Below, in pieces: positions 10,505-20,178 of a DNA stretch of 64,000 nucleotides. The translations under genes and the position numbers were made by a program. The notes beneath the pieces were generated by a model, which worked only from the letters and a program-made list of their open reading frames with translations, did no database searches and was not told where the DNA came from. Position 1 is the first letter of the stretch. Every line of letters begins with the position of its first letter. The stretch comes from Kofleriaceae bacterium (GTDB lineage Bacteria > Myxococcota_A > Polyangia > Haliangiales > Haliangiaceae): NCBI GenBank assembly GCA_965215005.1, contig CBDCCZ010000006.1:171720-235719 (forward strand), read 5' to 3'.

Positions 10505-12946
10505 ATGAACCGCTACGTCTGCATTCACGCTCACTGCTATCAGCCGCCGCGCGAGAATCCGTGGCTCGAGGAAATCGAGCAGCAGGACTCGGCGTATCCC
10601 CATCACGATTGGAATGAGCGGGTCAACGCCGAGTGCTACGCGCAGAACGTCGCGTCGCGGATTCTCGATGCGCGCGGGCGGATCGCTCGCATCCTCAACA
10701 ACTTCTCCCGCATCAGCTTCAACATCGGGCCAACGCTGCTGTCGTGGATGGAGCACCACGACCCGGACACCTATCGCGGAATCTTGCGCGCCGACCACGA
10801 GAGCCGTGAGCGCTTCGGTGGTCACGGCAGCGCAATTGCTCAAGCGTACAACCACATGATTCTGCCGCTCGCGAACGAGCGCGACAGACACACGCAAGTG
10901 CGCTGGGGTATCGAAGACTTCATCCACCGGTTCGGTCGCCGCCCGGAGGGGATGTGGCTTCCCGAGACCGCGGTGGATCTGGCGACGCTCGAGGTGTTGG
11001 CCGAGAACGAGCTGGCTTTCACGATACTCTCGCCGTATCAGGCCAAACGGGTCCGAAGGCGCGGCGAGACCGACTGGCTCGACGTGGCAGGAGGCCGGAT
11101 CGATCCATCGCAGGCGTATCTCCATTCGTTACCCTCGGGACGAAGCATCGCGGTGTTCTTCTACGATGGTCCGGTGGCACAAGCGGTGGCGTTCGAGCGT
11201 TTGCTCGATAGCGGCGAGCGTTTCGCCCAGCGTCTCGAGGGCGGGTTCTCCGAGCGCCGCAAGTGGCCCCAGCTCATGCACATCGCCACGGATGGCGAGA
11301 GCTACGGCCATCACCACCGCAGCGGCGAAATGGCCCTCTCCTATGCCCTCGACCTCATCGACCGCGAGAAGCGCGCCGAGATGACCATCTATGGCGAATA
11401 TCTCGAACGGCATCCGCCGACCCACGAGGTCGAGATTCTCGAAGACACCGCGTGGAGCTGCTCGCACGGCGTCGGGCGCTGGCGAGAGAGCTGCGGCTGC
11501 AACACCGGCGGTCAGCCTGACTGGTCGCAAGAGTGGCGTGGCCCGCTGCGAAAGGCGCTCGATTGGCTGCGAGATGAGCTTGCCACTGCCTATGAACGAG
11601 CCGCCGCCGACCTCTTCATCGATCCGTGGGCGGCACGGGACGCGCTGATATCGGTGCTGCTAGATCGTCGCCGTCAAGCCGTGGAAGCGTTTCTCGCAAC
11701 CCACCAACGCCGACCGTTGACCGGCGAGCAGCAGCGTCGAGCTCTGATGCTGCTAGAGATGCAGCGCCACCTCATGCTCATGTACACGAGCTGCGGCTGG
11801 TTCTTCGACGATCTCTCCGGCATCGAGACGGTCCAGGTTATTCAATACGCCGGTCGCGCCGTTCAGCTCGCCGAGTCGCTGTTTGGCAGCCAGCTCGAGG
11901 AGAGCTTCGTCGGCAGACTGGCGCGCGCTCGCAGCAACCTCCCAGCGTGGCGAGACGGGCGAGCCATCTATGAGAAGAACGTCAAGCCGGCGATGGTCAA
12001 TCTCACCAAGGTGGGTGCTCACTACGCCATTAGCTCGCTGTTTCAGGACTATCCCCAGCGCGCCCGAATCTACTGCTACGACGTCGAACGGCAAGCGGAG
12101 GAGAGTTACACGCTTGGGCGGATGAAGATGTTGGTTGGGCGCGCGCACATCGCTTCGACCATCACCTGGAACGACACCGATCTCGCCTATGCGGTGCTCC
12201 ACTTTGGCGACACCCACGTTCTTGGTGGTGTTAGCGAGGGACTTGACGACGCCGCGTGGGAAACGATCACGTCCACGTTGATCAACGCCTTCATGCGCTC
12301 CGACGTGACGCAAATGGTCCGCATCTTCGATCGCCATTTCACCGAGCAGTTCGCCTTGCCTTCGCTGTTCCGCGACGAGCAACGCAAGGTGCTTCGGCAG
12401 CTCATCGACAGCACGGTCGACGAGGTCGATGCCGCCTATCAGGCCATCTACCGCAACAACGCCCCGCTGATAGCCTTCCTAACTGCGAGCAACATGCCGG
12501 TGCCACGCCCGCTGCGGACCGCTGCGGAGCATGCGCTCACCGCGCAGCTCGAGCGCGCCTTCGACGACGATGACCTCAATCGCGACGATATCGAATCCAT
12601 ACTCACCGACGCTGCCGAGCGCTGCGTGCAGCTCGATGAGCCGACGCTGCGATTCACGCTTCAGCAGCGTATCGAGCGCGAAGCCCAGAGGCTAGCAGAA
12701 GACCCGCTCGAGATGCGGCTGCTGGCGCGACTCCGCGCGGCGGTGGATATAGCCGGCCTCACCTCGTTTGGTGTGGAGCTCTGGAAAGTTCAGAACATCT
12801 ATTGGGAGCTTCTCAGACAACGGTTTACGGACCAGCGTGCGCGCGCTCAGGCAGGCGACGATGACGCTACCGCGTGGTGCCAAGACTTCCTAACGCTCGG
12901 CGATCAGCTTCGTGTGAGCTTCGCCTGCGAGGACCATCATGAGTGA
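10505..12946 (+). CDS. Glycoside hydrolase family 57 with DUF3536
   Basis: HAHCYQPPRENPW, YNHMILPL, GMWLPETAVD (nucleophile Glu), ATDGESYGHH, WSCSHGVGRW, YTSCGWFFDD. Confidence 0.88.
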   Translation: MNRYVCIHAHCYQPPRENPWLEEIEQQDSAYPHHDWNERVNAECYAQNVASRILDARGRIARILNNFSRISFNIGPTLLSWMEHHDPDTYRGILRADHESRERFGGHGSAIAQAYNHMILPLANERDRHTQVRWGIEDFIHRFGRRPEGMWLPETAVDLATLEVLAENELAFTILSPYQAKRVRRRGETDWLDVAGGRIDPSQAYLHSLPSGRSIAVFFYDGPVAQAVAFERLLDSGERFAQRLEGGFSERRKWPQLMHIATDGESYGHHHRSGEMALSYALDLIDREKRAEMTIYGEYLERHPPTHEVEILEDTAWSCSHGVGRWRESCGCNTGGQPDWSQEWRGPLRKALDWLRDELATAYERAAADLFIDPWAARDALISVLLDRRRQAVEAFLATHQRRPLTGEQQRRALMLLEMQRHLMLMYTSCGWFFDDLSGIETVQVIQYAGRAVQLAESLFGSQLEESFVGRLARARSNLPAWRDGRAIYEKNVKPAMVNLTKVGAHYAISSLFQDYPQRARIYCYDVERQAEESYTLGRMKMLVGRAHIASTITWNDTDLAYAVLHFGDTHVLGGVSEGLDDAAWETITSTLINAFMRSDVTQMVRIFDRHFTEQFALPSLFRDEQRKVLRQLIDSTVDEVDAAYQAIYRNNAPLIAFLTASNMPVPRPLRTAAEHALTAQLERAFDDDDLNRDDIESILTDAAERCVQLDEPTLRFTLQQRIEREAQRLAEDPLEMRLLARLRAAVDIAGLTSFGVELWKVQNIYWELLRQRFTDQRARAQAGDDDATAWCQDFLTLGDQLRVSFACEDHHE

Positions 12947-15527
12947 CAGCAAGATTCCCATCGCGACCTATCGTTTTCAGCTCACCGGGACGCTGGGATT
13001 CGCACGCGCTCGCGAGCTCGTGCCTTATCTCGCGGCGCTGGGAATCGATACCCTCTATGCGTCACCTATTCTGGTAGCTCGCCGAGACAGCACCGCCAAC
13101 TACGACGTTTGCGACCCGCGGTTCCTCGACCCCAGACTCGGCAGCGACGAGGACTTCGACGCGCTTGCCGCAGCGCTGCGTGAGCGCGAGATGGGAATGG
13201 TCGTCGACATCGTTCCCAATCACATGGCGGCCTCCACAGAGAATCCATGGTGGCGCGAAGTGCTCGCCCACGGCCCCGACTCGGCCGCCGCCCGTATCTT
13301 CGATATCGACTGGGATGCGTGGCCAGCCGCTGCCGGCGCAGCCCCAAAACTCCTCTTGCCGATACTCGGCGGCCCGTATGCCGAGGTTCTCGCCCGCGGT
13401 GAGCTAACGATCGCCGACAGTGAGGGCGGACTCGCCGCGCGCTATTTCGACACTTTCTTGCCGCTCGCGCCTGGTTCGTGTCCGGCTGAGCACGGCGATG
13501 ATCCTGCCGCCATTCATGAAATTCTCGAAGCGCAGCACTATCGGCTCGGGTTTTGGCGCAGCGGCGCTCGCCGTATCAACTATCGCCGATTCTTCGATAT
13601 CTCCGAGTTGGCCGGCACACGCGTGGAGGATGGCGATGTGTTCGCGGCACTGCACGAAAAGACCCTGGCGCTGGTGAGCCGCGGCGCAATCACTGGGTTG
13701 CGGGTCGATCACATCGATGGATTACGCGATCCAACCCAATATCTGCAGCGACTGGAGCGTGCCGCAAGCGATGCGGCAGACGGCCGCAAGCCCTATATCG
13801 TCGTCGAGAAGATTCTTTCGCACGACGAGACGATGCCAGCCGACTGGCCCATTCAAGGCACCACTGGCTACGAATTCGTTCGAGCCCTTAATGGCGTGTT
13901 CGTCGATGCCGATGGTCTTGCCGAGCTCGAGCGCATCTATGAGAAGTTTCTCGGCTTTGCCCAGCCTTTCGAAGATCGCCTGTATCAGCAAAAGAAGCGC
14001 GTCATTCGGGACTTATTCCCCAACGAGATTCATCGCCGCAGCGCGGAGCTCCGGCGATTGGCGTTGGCCGACTTGCACGCCCGCGATCTCTACGACTACG
14101 ACCTCGACGCCGCGCTCGTGGAAGTTGCCGCATGTTTCCCAGTGTATCGCAGCTACGCCGGCACGACCGCGAGCGAGCAGGACCGGAGATGGAACGACAG
14201 CGCGGTTGCCGCGGCGCAAGAGCGTGCGCCGCACGTAGCCGCGGGTGCATTCGATTTCTTGCGCCGGGTGCTGTCGATGGAAGGCTTCGAGCAGGCTCCC
14301 GCCGACATGCGCCAACCGTGGGCCGACTTCGTATGCCGCTGGCAGCAGCTAACGGGTCCCATCGTCGCCAAGGGACTCGAAGACACCGCTCTCTATCAAG
14401 ACTTTCGTCTGCTGTCGCTCAACTCGGTTGGCGGCGAGCCCGACGCAGGCCGCGAGCTGATGCAGGTGGAGGCCTTCCATCGCCACAACCAGTACTACTG
14501 CCAGCACTGGCCGCACTCGATGATTTCCACCAGCACTCACGACTCAAAGCGCAGCGAGGATGTACGAGCCCGTTTGCACGTACTTTCCGACATGCCGGTA
14601 GCATGGTCACGCGCGCTGTCGCGATGGGCGGGTCAAAACGGCCGGCACAAGCAAATGGTGGCCGGTCGCGCGGTGCCATCCCGCAACGTCGAGGTTCTCA
14701 TCTATCAGACGATGCTCGGTGCCTGGCCTCTGGACCAGAGTGAGGTAGGCGCCTTCATCGAACGGCTCGAGGCGTACTTGATCAAAGCCAGCCGAGAAGC
14801 GAAGCTCGAAACCAGTTGGCTCGACACCAACGAAGAGTACGAAGGGGCGTTGATAGGCTTCGTTCGCGCCATCACGGATGACGCGGAGCTGATGCGCGAC
14901 TTCGCCAGCTTACAGCAGCGCATCGCCTTTTATGGCGCCATCAATGGACTGTCTCAGGTCATCCTCAAAGCTACCAGCCCAGGCGTGCCGGACTTCTATC
15001 AAGGAACCGAGCTTTGGACCTTTACCCTGGTCGATCCCGACAACCGTCGTGCAGTCGATTTCGATCGCCGCCAGCGACTGCTGCAAGAGCTAAACGGCCT
15101 CGCTGAGCGCGACCCGGTGACCACGTGTCGTGAGCTCTTGCGCACCTGGCAAGACGGCCGCATCAAGCTCTTCGTCACGCAACGTGCACTTGCCGCCCGC
15201 GGCCGCCACAGCGCGTTGTTCACCAAAGGGGACTACCTACCGCTGCGCGCGACGGGCGAACGCGCCGACGATGTCTGCGTGTTCGCGCGCCGTCACGAAG
15301 CATCCTGGACGATCACCGCCGTACCTATGCGCGTAGGCAAGCTCGGCGCTGCTGGCGCGTGGCCTACCGGCAAGCGCTGCTGGAAGAACACGATTCTCGA
15401 AATCCCCGCCGAGGCTCCCAAACGCTGGCGCAACGCGTTCACCGGCGAGCTCATCGATGCAAGCGGCGAGCTGCGCGCTGCCGAGGTGTTCAAGACGCTG
15501 CCGATCGCACTCTTGGAGCCGGCGTGA
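12939..15527 (+). CDS. treY: Malto-oligosyltrehalose synthase
   Basis: PIATYRFQL, DIVPNHM, INYRRFFDI, GLRVDHIDGL, VVEKIL, GTTGYEF, STHDSKRSED, LVDPDNRR. Confidence 0.95.
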   Translation: MSDSKIPIATYRFQLTGTLGFARARELVPYLAALGIDTLYASPILVARRDSTANYDVCDPRFLDPRLGSDEDFDALAAALREREMGMVVDIVPNHMAASTENPWWREVLAHGPDSAAARIFDIDWDAWPAAAGAAPKLLLPILGGPYAEVLARGELTIADSEGGLAARYFDTFLPLAPGSCPAEHGDDPAAIHEILEAQHYRLGFWRSGARRINYRRFFDISELAGTRVEDGDVFAALHEKTLALVSRGAITGLRVDHIDGLRDPTQYLQRLERAASDAADGRKPYIVVEKILSHDETMPADWPIQGTTGYEFVRALNGVFVDADGLAELERIYEKFLGFAQPFEDRLYQQKKRVIRDLFPNEIHRRSAELRRLALADLHARDLYDYDLDAALVEVAACFPVYRSYAGTTASEQDRRWNDSAVAAAQERAPHVAAGAFDFLRRVLSMEGFEQAPADMRQPWADFVCRWQQLTGPIVAKGLEDTALYQDFRLLSLNSVGGEPDAGRELMQVEAFHRHNQYYCQHWPHSMISTSTHDSKRSEDVRARLHVLSDMPVAWSRALSRWAGQNGRHKQMVAGRAVPSRNVEVLIYQTMLGAWPLDQSEVGAFIERLEAYLIKASREAKLETSWLDTNEEYEGALIGFVRAITDDAELMRDFASLQQRIAFYGAINGLSQVILKATSPGVPDFYQGTELWTFTLVDPDNRRAVDFDRRQRLLQELNGLAERDPVTTCRELLRTWQDGRIKLFVTQRALAARGRHSALFTKGDYLPLRATGERADDVCVFARRHEASWTITAVPMRVGKLGAAGAWPTGKRCWKNTILEIPAEAPKRWRNAFTGELIDASGELRAAEVFKTLPIALLEPA

Positions 15528-15561
15528 CCGCCCGCTCCTGCAACTCGGGACGGTGTCTTCG

Positions 15562-17430
15562 ATGAAGCCCGGCGGCCTAGACATAGCCGACCACGGCGTC
15601 ATCGGCGATCGGCGGTCGATTGCGCTGGTCGGCACGGATGGCACGATCGACTTTCTCTGTTACCCGAGCTTTGACTCCCCAAGCGTCTTCGCTAGCCTTC
15701 TCGACGACGAACGCGGCGGCAGCTTTGCCGTTTATCCAGAGCTTCCCGACGCCCGCCGGCAACAGTTCTATCTGCCCAACACCAACGTGCTGCTCACCCG
15801 CTTTCTCGCCGAGGAAGCCGTTGCTGAGCTGTCGGACTTCATGCCAGTGGGGGACCGCTGGGCTCCCCGCGATTCAGTGATCGTCCGCCAGGCGCGCGCT
15901 GTTCGCGGCGAGATCACGTTTCGGTTGCGGCTCCAACCAGCCTTCGACTATGGCCGTGCTCAACACCGCGTGCACCGCGATGGCAAGCATCTCATCTTCG
16001 AATCCCGCGCCGGTGATGGCTTAGCCTTGCGGCTGCGCTCCTCTCATCCGTTGAAGATCGATGGTGCTGCTGGCATCGCCGAGCTCGATCTCGCCGCCGG
16101 TGAGACGGCGACCTTCGTGCTCGAGCGCGCGAGCGAGGAGAACGATTCCCCCTTCGACTCCGCCAGCGCCGTCGAAGAAGCCTTCGCAGACACTGTGCAC
16201 TTCTGGCGCCGCTGGATTTCGCGCTCGACCTATCAGGGACGCTGGCGCGACCGCGTGCATCGGTCCGCGCTCCTGCTCAAGCTCCTGCAGCACCACGATA
16301 GCGGCTCGCTCATTGCGGCCCCGACCTTCGGTTTGCCCGAAGAAATTGGTGGGATGCGCAACTGGGACTATCGCTATACCTGGCTCCGCGATGCATCATT
16401 CACGGTGCAGGCGCTCAGTCAGCTTGGCATCGTCGAGGAGTCGCATCGCTTCATGGAGTGGCTTGAGCAGCGATGTCTGGAGGTCGATCCTGGCCAGCCA
16501 CTGGCGGTGCTCTACACCACCGCGGGTGGGACGTGCGTGAAAGAAGAGACGCTCGACCACTTTCGCGGCTATCGCGGCTCGACTCCGGTGCGAATTGGCA
16601 ATGCCGCGGCTGGACAGCTGCAGCTCGACATCTATGGCGAGCTCTTCGACGCGCTGTGGCAGTACAGCGCCCAGGGCTTTTGTCAATATCATCAGGTGTG
16701 GTCGCGGCTCGAAGAGATCATCAACTGGGTTTGCGACAATTGGCGTCGTGAAGATGAAGGCGTATGGGAGACCCGCGGCGGGCGTCATGAGTTCGTGCAG
16801 TCGCGATTGATGTGCTGGGTCGCTCTCGACCGCGCGCTCAAGCTCGCTGATCGCGAATCAAAGCCCGCTCCTCGACAACGCTGGTTAGAGACCCGCGACG
16901 CGATCTACCATGACCTCCACGCCCGCTTCTGGAACGAGCAACTCGGCGCCTTCATGCAGTATCCCGGGGCTAACCGCCTCGACGCCGGATGCTTGCTCAT
17001 GCCGCTCGTCGGTTTCATCAGCCCGACGGATCCTCGCTGGCTATCGACCCTGCGTCGAGTCGAGGACGAGCTTGCGGTCGATGAGCTCGTCTACCGCTAT
17101 CGCGCCCACGACCGTGAAGAGTGGTCCGATGGACTCGAAGGCCAAGAAGGCACCTTTTCCATCTGCACCTTTTGGCTCGTGCAGTGCCTGGCGAGAGCCG
17201 GCGAGCTCGATAGAGCGCAGTTGGCATTCGAGAAGATGCTCGCCTACGGCAATCACGTCGGCCTCTACGCAGAGCAGCTCGGCCGCCGCGCCGAGCACCT
17301 CGGCAACTTTCCCCAAGCGCTCACCCACCTCGGGCTCATCAACGCGGCTATCGATCTCGACGCTCGCCTGAATGCCTCGAGGTCGCCCATGGAAGAGGCT
17401 CATCGTCGCCCGAGCGTCGAGATGCGATAG
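15562..17430 (+). CDS. Glycoside hydrolase family 15 (glucoamylase/trehalase-like)
   Basis: IADHGVIGD, GLPEEIGGMRNWDYRYTWLRDA, QLDIYGE, DEGVWETRG, YAEQ, LGNFPQALTH. Confidence 0.92.
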   Translation: MKPGGLDIADHGVIGDRRSIALVGTDGTIDFLCYPSFDSPSVFASLLDDERGGSFAVYPELPDARRQQFYLPNTNVLLTRFLAEEAVAELSDFMPVGDRWAPRDSVIVRQARAVRGEITFRLRLQPAFDYGRAQHRVHRDGKHLIFESRAGDGLALRLRSSHPLKIDGAAGIAELDLAAGETATFVLERASEENDSPFDSASAVEEAFADTVHFWRRWISRSTYQGRWRDRVHRSALLLKLLQHHDSGSLIAAPTFGLPEEIGGMRNWDYRYTWLRDASFTVQALSQLGIVEESHRFMEWLEQRCLEVDPGQPLAVLYTTAGGTCVKEETLDHFRGYRGSTPVRIGNAAAGQLQLDIYGELFDALWQYSAQGFCQYHQVWSRLEEIINWVCDNWRREDEGVWETRGGRHEFVQSRLMCWVALDRALKLADRESKPAPRQRWLETRDAIYHDLHARFWNEQLGAFMQYPGANRLDAGCLLMPLVGFISPTDPRWLSTLRRVEDELAVDELVYRYRAHDREEWSDGLEGQEGTFSICTFWLVQCLARAGELDRAQLAFEKMLAYGNHVGLYAEQLGRRAEHLGNFPQALTHLGLINAAIDLDARLNASRSPMEEAHRRPSVEMR

Positions 17431-17468
17431 AGTCGAAGGTGGTCGCTCGAACGCGACTCCCTCGACTC
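17430..17468. terminator. Hairpin between convergent GH15 and SDR genes
   Basis: GAGTCGA...TCGACTC outer stem with inner GTCGC/GCGAC stem. Confidence 0.35.
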
Positions 17469-17484
17469 GTTTACCCCGCCGACG

Positions 17485-18348
17485 TCACCCGGCGCGCGTC
17501 TGCCCGCCCAAGAGCGTAAGCACTTCCCCCGTCACGTAGCTCGAGTCGATATCCGAGGCGAAGTAGACATAGGCTGGAGCGATCTCCTCGGGCTGCGCTG
17601 GCCGTTCCATCGGCTGCCCCTCACCGAAGTGCGCCACGTCTTCTGCGTCGCGGTCCGACGGATTGAGAGGCGTCCAAACCGGGCCCGGCGCGACGCAGTT
17701 GACGCGAATGCCCTCCTCGACCAAATTTTGCGCCAACGACTTCGTAAACGCGTGGATCGCGCCTTTCGTCGCCGAGTAATCCAGTAACTTGCCTGAGCCG
17801 TTGAGGCCAGTAATCGAGCCTGTATTGATGATTGACCCACCTTTCGGAAGGTGCGGCAACGCCGCCTTCGCCATATGAAAGTAGCCGTAGATGTTGGTCT
17901 TGAAGGTTCGATCCCACTGCTCTTCATCGAGCTCATCGAGTCCTTCGCGATGCTGCTGATAGGCGGCGTTATTGACCAACACGTCGAGGCGGCCGAGCTG
18001 CTCGACCGTTTGCTTTACAGCATCGCGGCAGAACCCGGCGTCTTTGACGTCACCCGGAACCAGCAGCGCCGAACGCCCCTCTGCCTCGATTGCCGCGCGA
18101 GTCTCCTCTGCATCGGCCTGCTCCTCGCTCAAGTACACCAACGCGACATCGGCGCCTTCACGGGCAAACAGAACGGCCACTGAACGGCCGATTCCCGAGT
18201 CTCCTCCGGTGATGAGAGCTACTTTGCCGGCAAGTTTGCCGGCTCCGCGGTAGCGTGGCGCCGCATAGCGTGGACGTGGATCGAGCTCTTGCTCAGAACC
18301 GGGCTTGTCTTGGTGCTGCGCAGGAAATGGCGGGCTGGGTTGCTGCAT
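17485..18348 (-). CDS. SDR oxidoreductase, YghA/YhxC general-stress type
   Basis: PxQxQxxPG N-terminus, TGGDSGIG, NNAA, YSATK, VNCVAPGPVWTPL. Start chosen at ATG 18348; the track uses 18432. Confidence 0.9.
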   Translation of the reverse strand: MQQPSPPFPAQHQDKPGSEQELDPRPRYAAPRYRGAGKLAGKVALITGGDSGIGRSVAVLFAREGADVALVYLSEEQADAEETRAAIEAEGRSALLVPGDVKDAGFCRDAVKQTVEQLGRLDVLVNNAAYQQHREGLDELDEEQWDRTFKTNIYGYFHMAKAALPHLPKGGSIINTGSITGLNGSGKLLDYSATKGAIHAFTKSLAQNLVEEGIRVNCVAPGPVWTPLNPSDRDAEDVAHFGEGQPMERPAQPEEIAPAYVYFASDIDSSYVTGEVLTLLGGQTRAG

Positions 18349-18361
18349 GGGCAATTGCGGC

Positions 18362-18377
18362 AGCAGGGAGTGTGCCA
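18362..18377 (-). promoter_or_regulatory. sigma54 -24/-12 promoter (SDR)
   Basis: TGGCACACTCCCTGCT; GG-N10-GC. Confidence 0.6.
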
Positions 18378-18524
18378 GCACGACATTTTTGGGCAGGACC
18401 GAGGGCGCGAGCGGCGCGAGCCGATGCGTCACGACGAGGCGTGATGGTACGCGTCACGACGTCGGTGTTCTTCAATAGGCAAACAGCATGCTCCTACGTC
18501 CGCGACAGCGTCCGCTCCGCCGTG

Positions 18525-18540
18525 TGGCACGGCGTCTGCT
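18525..18540 (+). promoter_or_regulatory. sigma54 -24/-12 promoter (ASRT)
   Basis: TGGCACGGCGTCTGCT, 44 nt before GTG with AGGAGG RBS. Confidence 0.65.
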
Positions 18541-18584
18541 CTCGCTGAGTCGCGCGAGCACCTCGCTCGTGTTAGGAGGATTCG

Positions 18585-18955
18585 GTGAAACAAGCACTCG
18601 GCCGCACTCGTTGGGCAATCGCGGAGGGCTATATCCCGGAGGGGAGCAACGGCCCCAAGCCAGAGATGGAGAGTCATGAAACCGCCTGCCTTCTCAATAC
18701 CGGCGAGGTCGACGCCAACGTCACGATTACCGCCTATTTTGCAGGTCGCCGGCGGGTCCCTTCCGCTTGGTGGTCGCCGCGGAGCGAACCCGCCATGTGC
18801 GCTTCAATCAGCTAGACGACCCGGAACCGATTCCCCGAGGAACCGATTTTGCCACGGTTATCGAGTCCGATGTGCCCATCGTGGTTCAGCACACGCGACT
18901 CGACTCGCGCCAAGCCGAAAACGCGCTGATGACCACAATTGCGTTCTCGGAATAG
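18585..18955 (+). pseudogene. Anabaena sensory rhodopsin transducer (ASRT) family protein, frameshifted near 18748 (true pseudogene or sequence error)
   Basis: Frame 1: GRTRWAIAEGYIP...SHETACLLN...ITAYFAGR. Frame 2: PAGPFRLVVAAERTRHVRFNQLDDPEPIP...VVQHTRLDSRQAENAL. These are the two halves of ASRT. Confidence 0.85.
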
Positions 18956-19011
18956 CGAGCCCGCGGTCGCACAGTCTCGTCGTTGGACCGTACCGTGCAT
19001 TTCTGATACCT

Positions 19012-19179
19012 ATGCGATCATTCCTTCTTGCCGTCATCGTCGTCGCTGGCGGCGGGATCCTTCTGTCGATGCTCGCCGCACCGTTTGGGCTGCATCTCGA
19101 TCTCACCAAAACCATCATCCTGAGCGTAGGCTTGACCATTCTCCTCAACTTCGTCCTCGCCATGTTCCGCGCCGGATGA
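19012..19179 (+). CDS. Small 2-TM membrane protein (55 aa)
   Basis: MRSFLLAVIVVAGGGILLSMLAAPFG...SVGLTILLNFVLAMFRAG; ends 4 nt before the YihY gene. Confidence 0.6.
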   Translation: MRSFLLAVIVVAGGGILLSMLAAPFGLHLDLTKTIILSVGLTILLNFVLAMFRAG

Positions 19180-19183
19180 GTCG

Positions 19184-20143
19184 ATGAAGCGCCGCGCCAA
19201 GCGCATCGGCGGCCTGCTTTGGGACGCGGGCAACCGCTTTCAGGAAGATCGCGCCAACCTCCTGAGCGGCGCGATCGCCTTTTACACGATGCTGTCGCTG
19301 GCGCCGGTGCTAGTCATTGCGGTTTCGGTGGCCGGAGTGGTGTTCGGCGACCGGGCGGTTCAGCGCGAAGTTCTACAGCTGGTTCGCAGCTCCCTAGGCA
19401 AGGACGCCGCCGAGCTAGTCGCGATGGCCATGGACCACGCCGCAGTCGATGCCTCCGGTTGGGCGCTTCTACTCGGCATCGGTCTCACGTTCTTCGGCGC
19501 CTCGCGGATGTTCATCAAGCTTCAGGAAGCACTCAATTCCCTGTGGGGCATCCGCGATACGGTAGAGAGCTTCAGCGTGCGCGGGTTTCTCGGTCCGCTG
19601 TTTCGCAAGCGACTCCTGGCCTTCGGCACCATCCTCATCGTTGGTGTGCTTATCGCGGCGTTACTTCTCGCCAAGCTCATCATCGCGGGGCTCGATCAAG
19701 TGGCGAGCCAGCAACTGCCTTCACTCACCATCCTCTGGCGACTTCTAGAGCTCGCAGTCTCGATTGCCCTCACCACAGTGATGTTCGGGATCGTGTTCAA
19801 GTTCTTCCCCGACGTCGAAATACCGTGGAACGCGGTGTGGGTTGGAGCAGGAACCACGGCTGTTCTATTCAATCTCGGGTTGGTAATCGTTTCCGCCTAC
19901 TTCGGCTACGGCACCACCAGCAGTCTCCCCGGCGCAGCGGGAACGCTCATGGCGATGCTGTTATGGATCTACTACTCCGCCAATGTCTTCTTCTTTGGTG
20001 TCGAGCTGAGCCGAGCGTGGCTCGAGAGGCGCGGCGAGCACGCGGTACCCGAAGACCACGTGGCGGTGCAACAGCACGGTCCTATTCTCCGCAGTGAAGA
20101 ACCCGAGGCAGCCTCAATCGAGTCCGACGAGGCCGCCAGCTGA
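19184..20143 (+). CDS. YihY/virulence factor BrkB family membrane protein
   Basis: AIAFYTMLSLAP, LQEALNSLWG, FFPDVEIPW, LLWIYYSANVFFFGVE. Confidence 0.9.
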   Translation: MKRRAKRIGGLLWDAGNRFQEDRANLLSGAIAFYTMLSLAPVLVIAVSVAGVVFGDRAVQREVLQLVRSSLGKDAAELVAMAMDHAAVDASGWALLLGIGLTFFGASRMFIKLQEALNSLWGIRDTVESFSVRGFLGPLFRKRLLAFGTILIVGVLIAALLLAKLIIAGLDQVASQQLPSLTILWRLLELAVSIALTTVMFGIVFKFFPDVEIPWNAVWVGAGTTAVLFNLGLVIVSAYFGYGTTSSLPGAAGTLMAMLLWIYYSANVFFFGVELSRAWLERRGEHAVPEDHVAVQQHGPILRSEEPEAASIESDEAAS

Positions 20144-20178
20144 TCCATCGAGGCGCTTCGCATCCTCCCACGCAAGCC

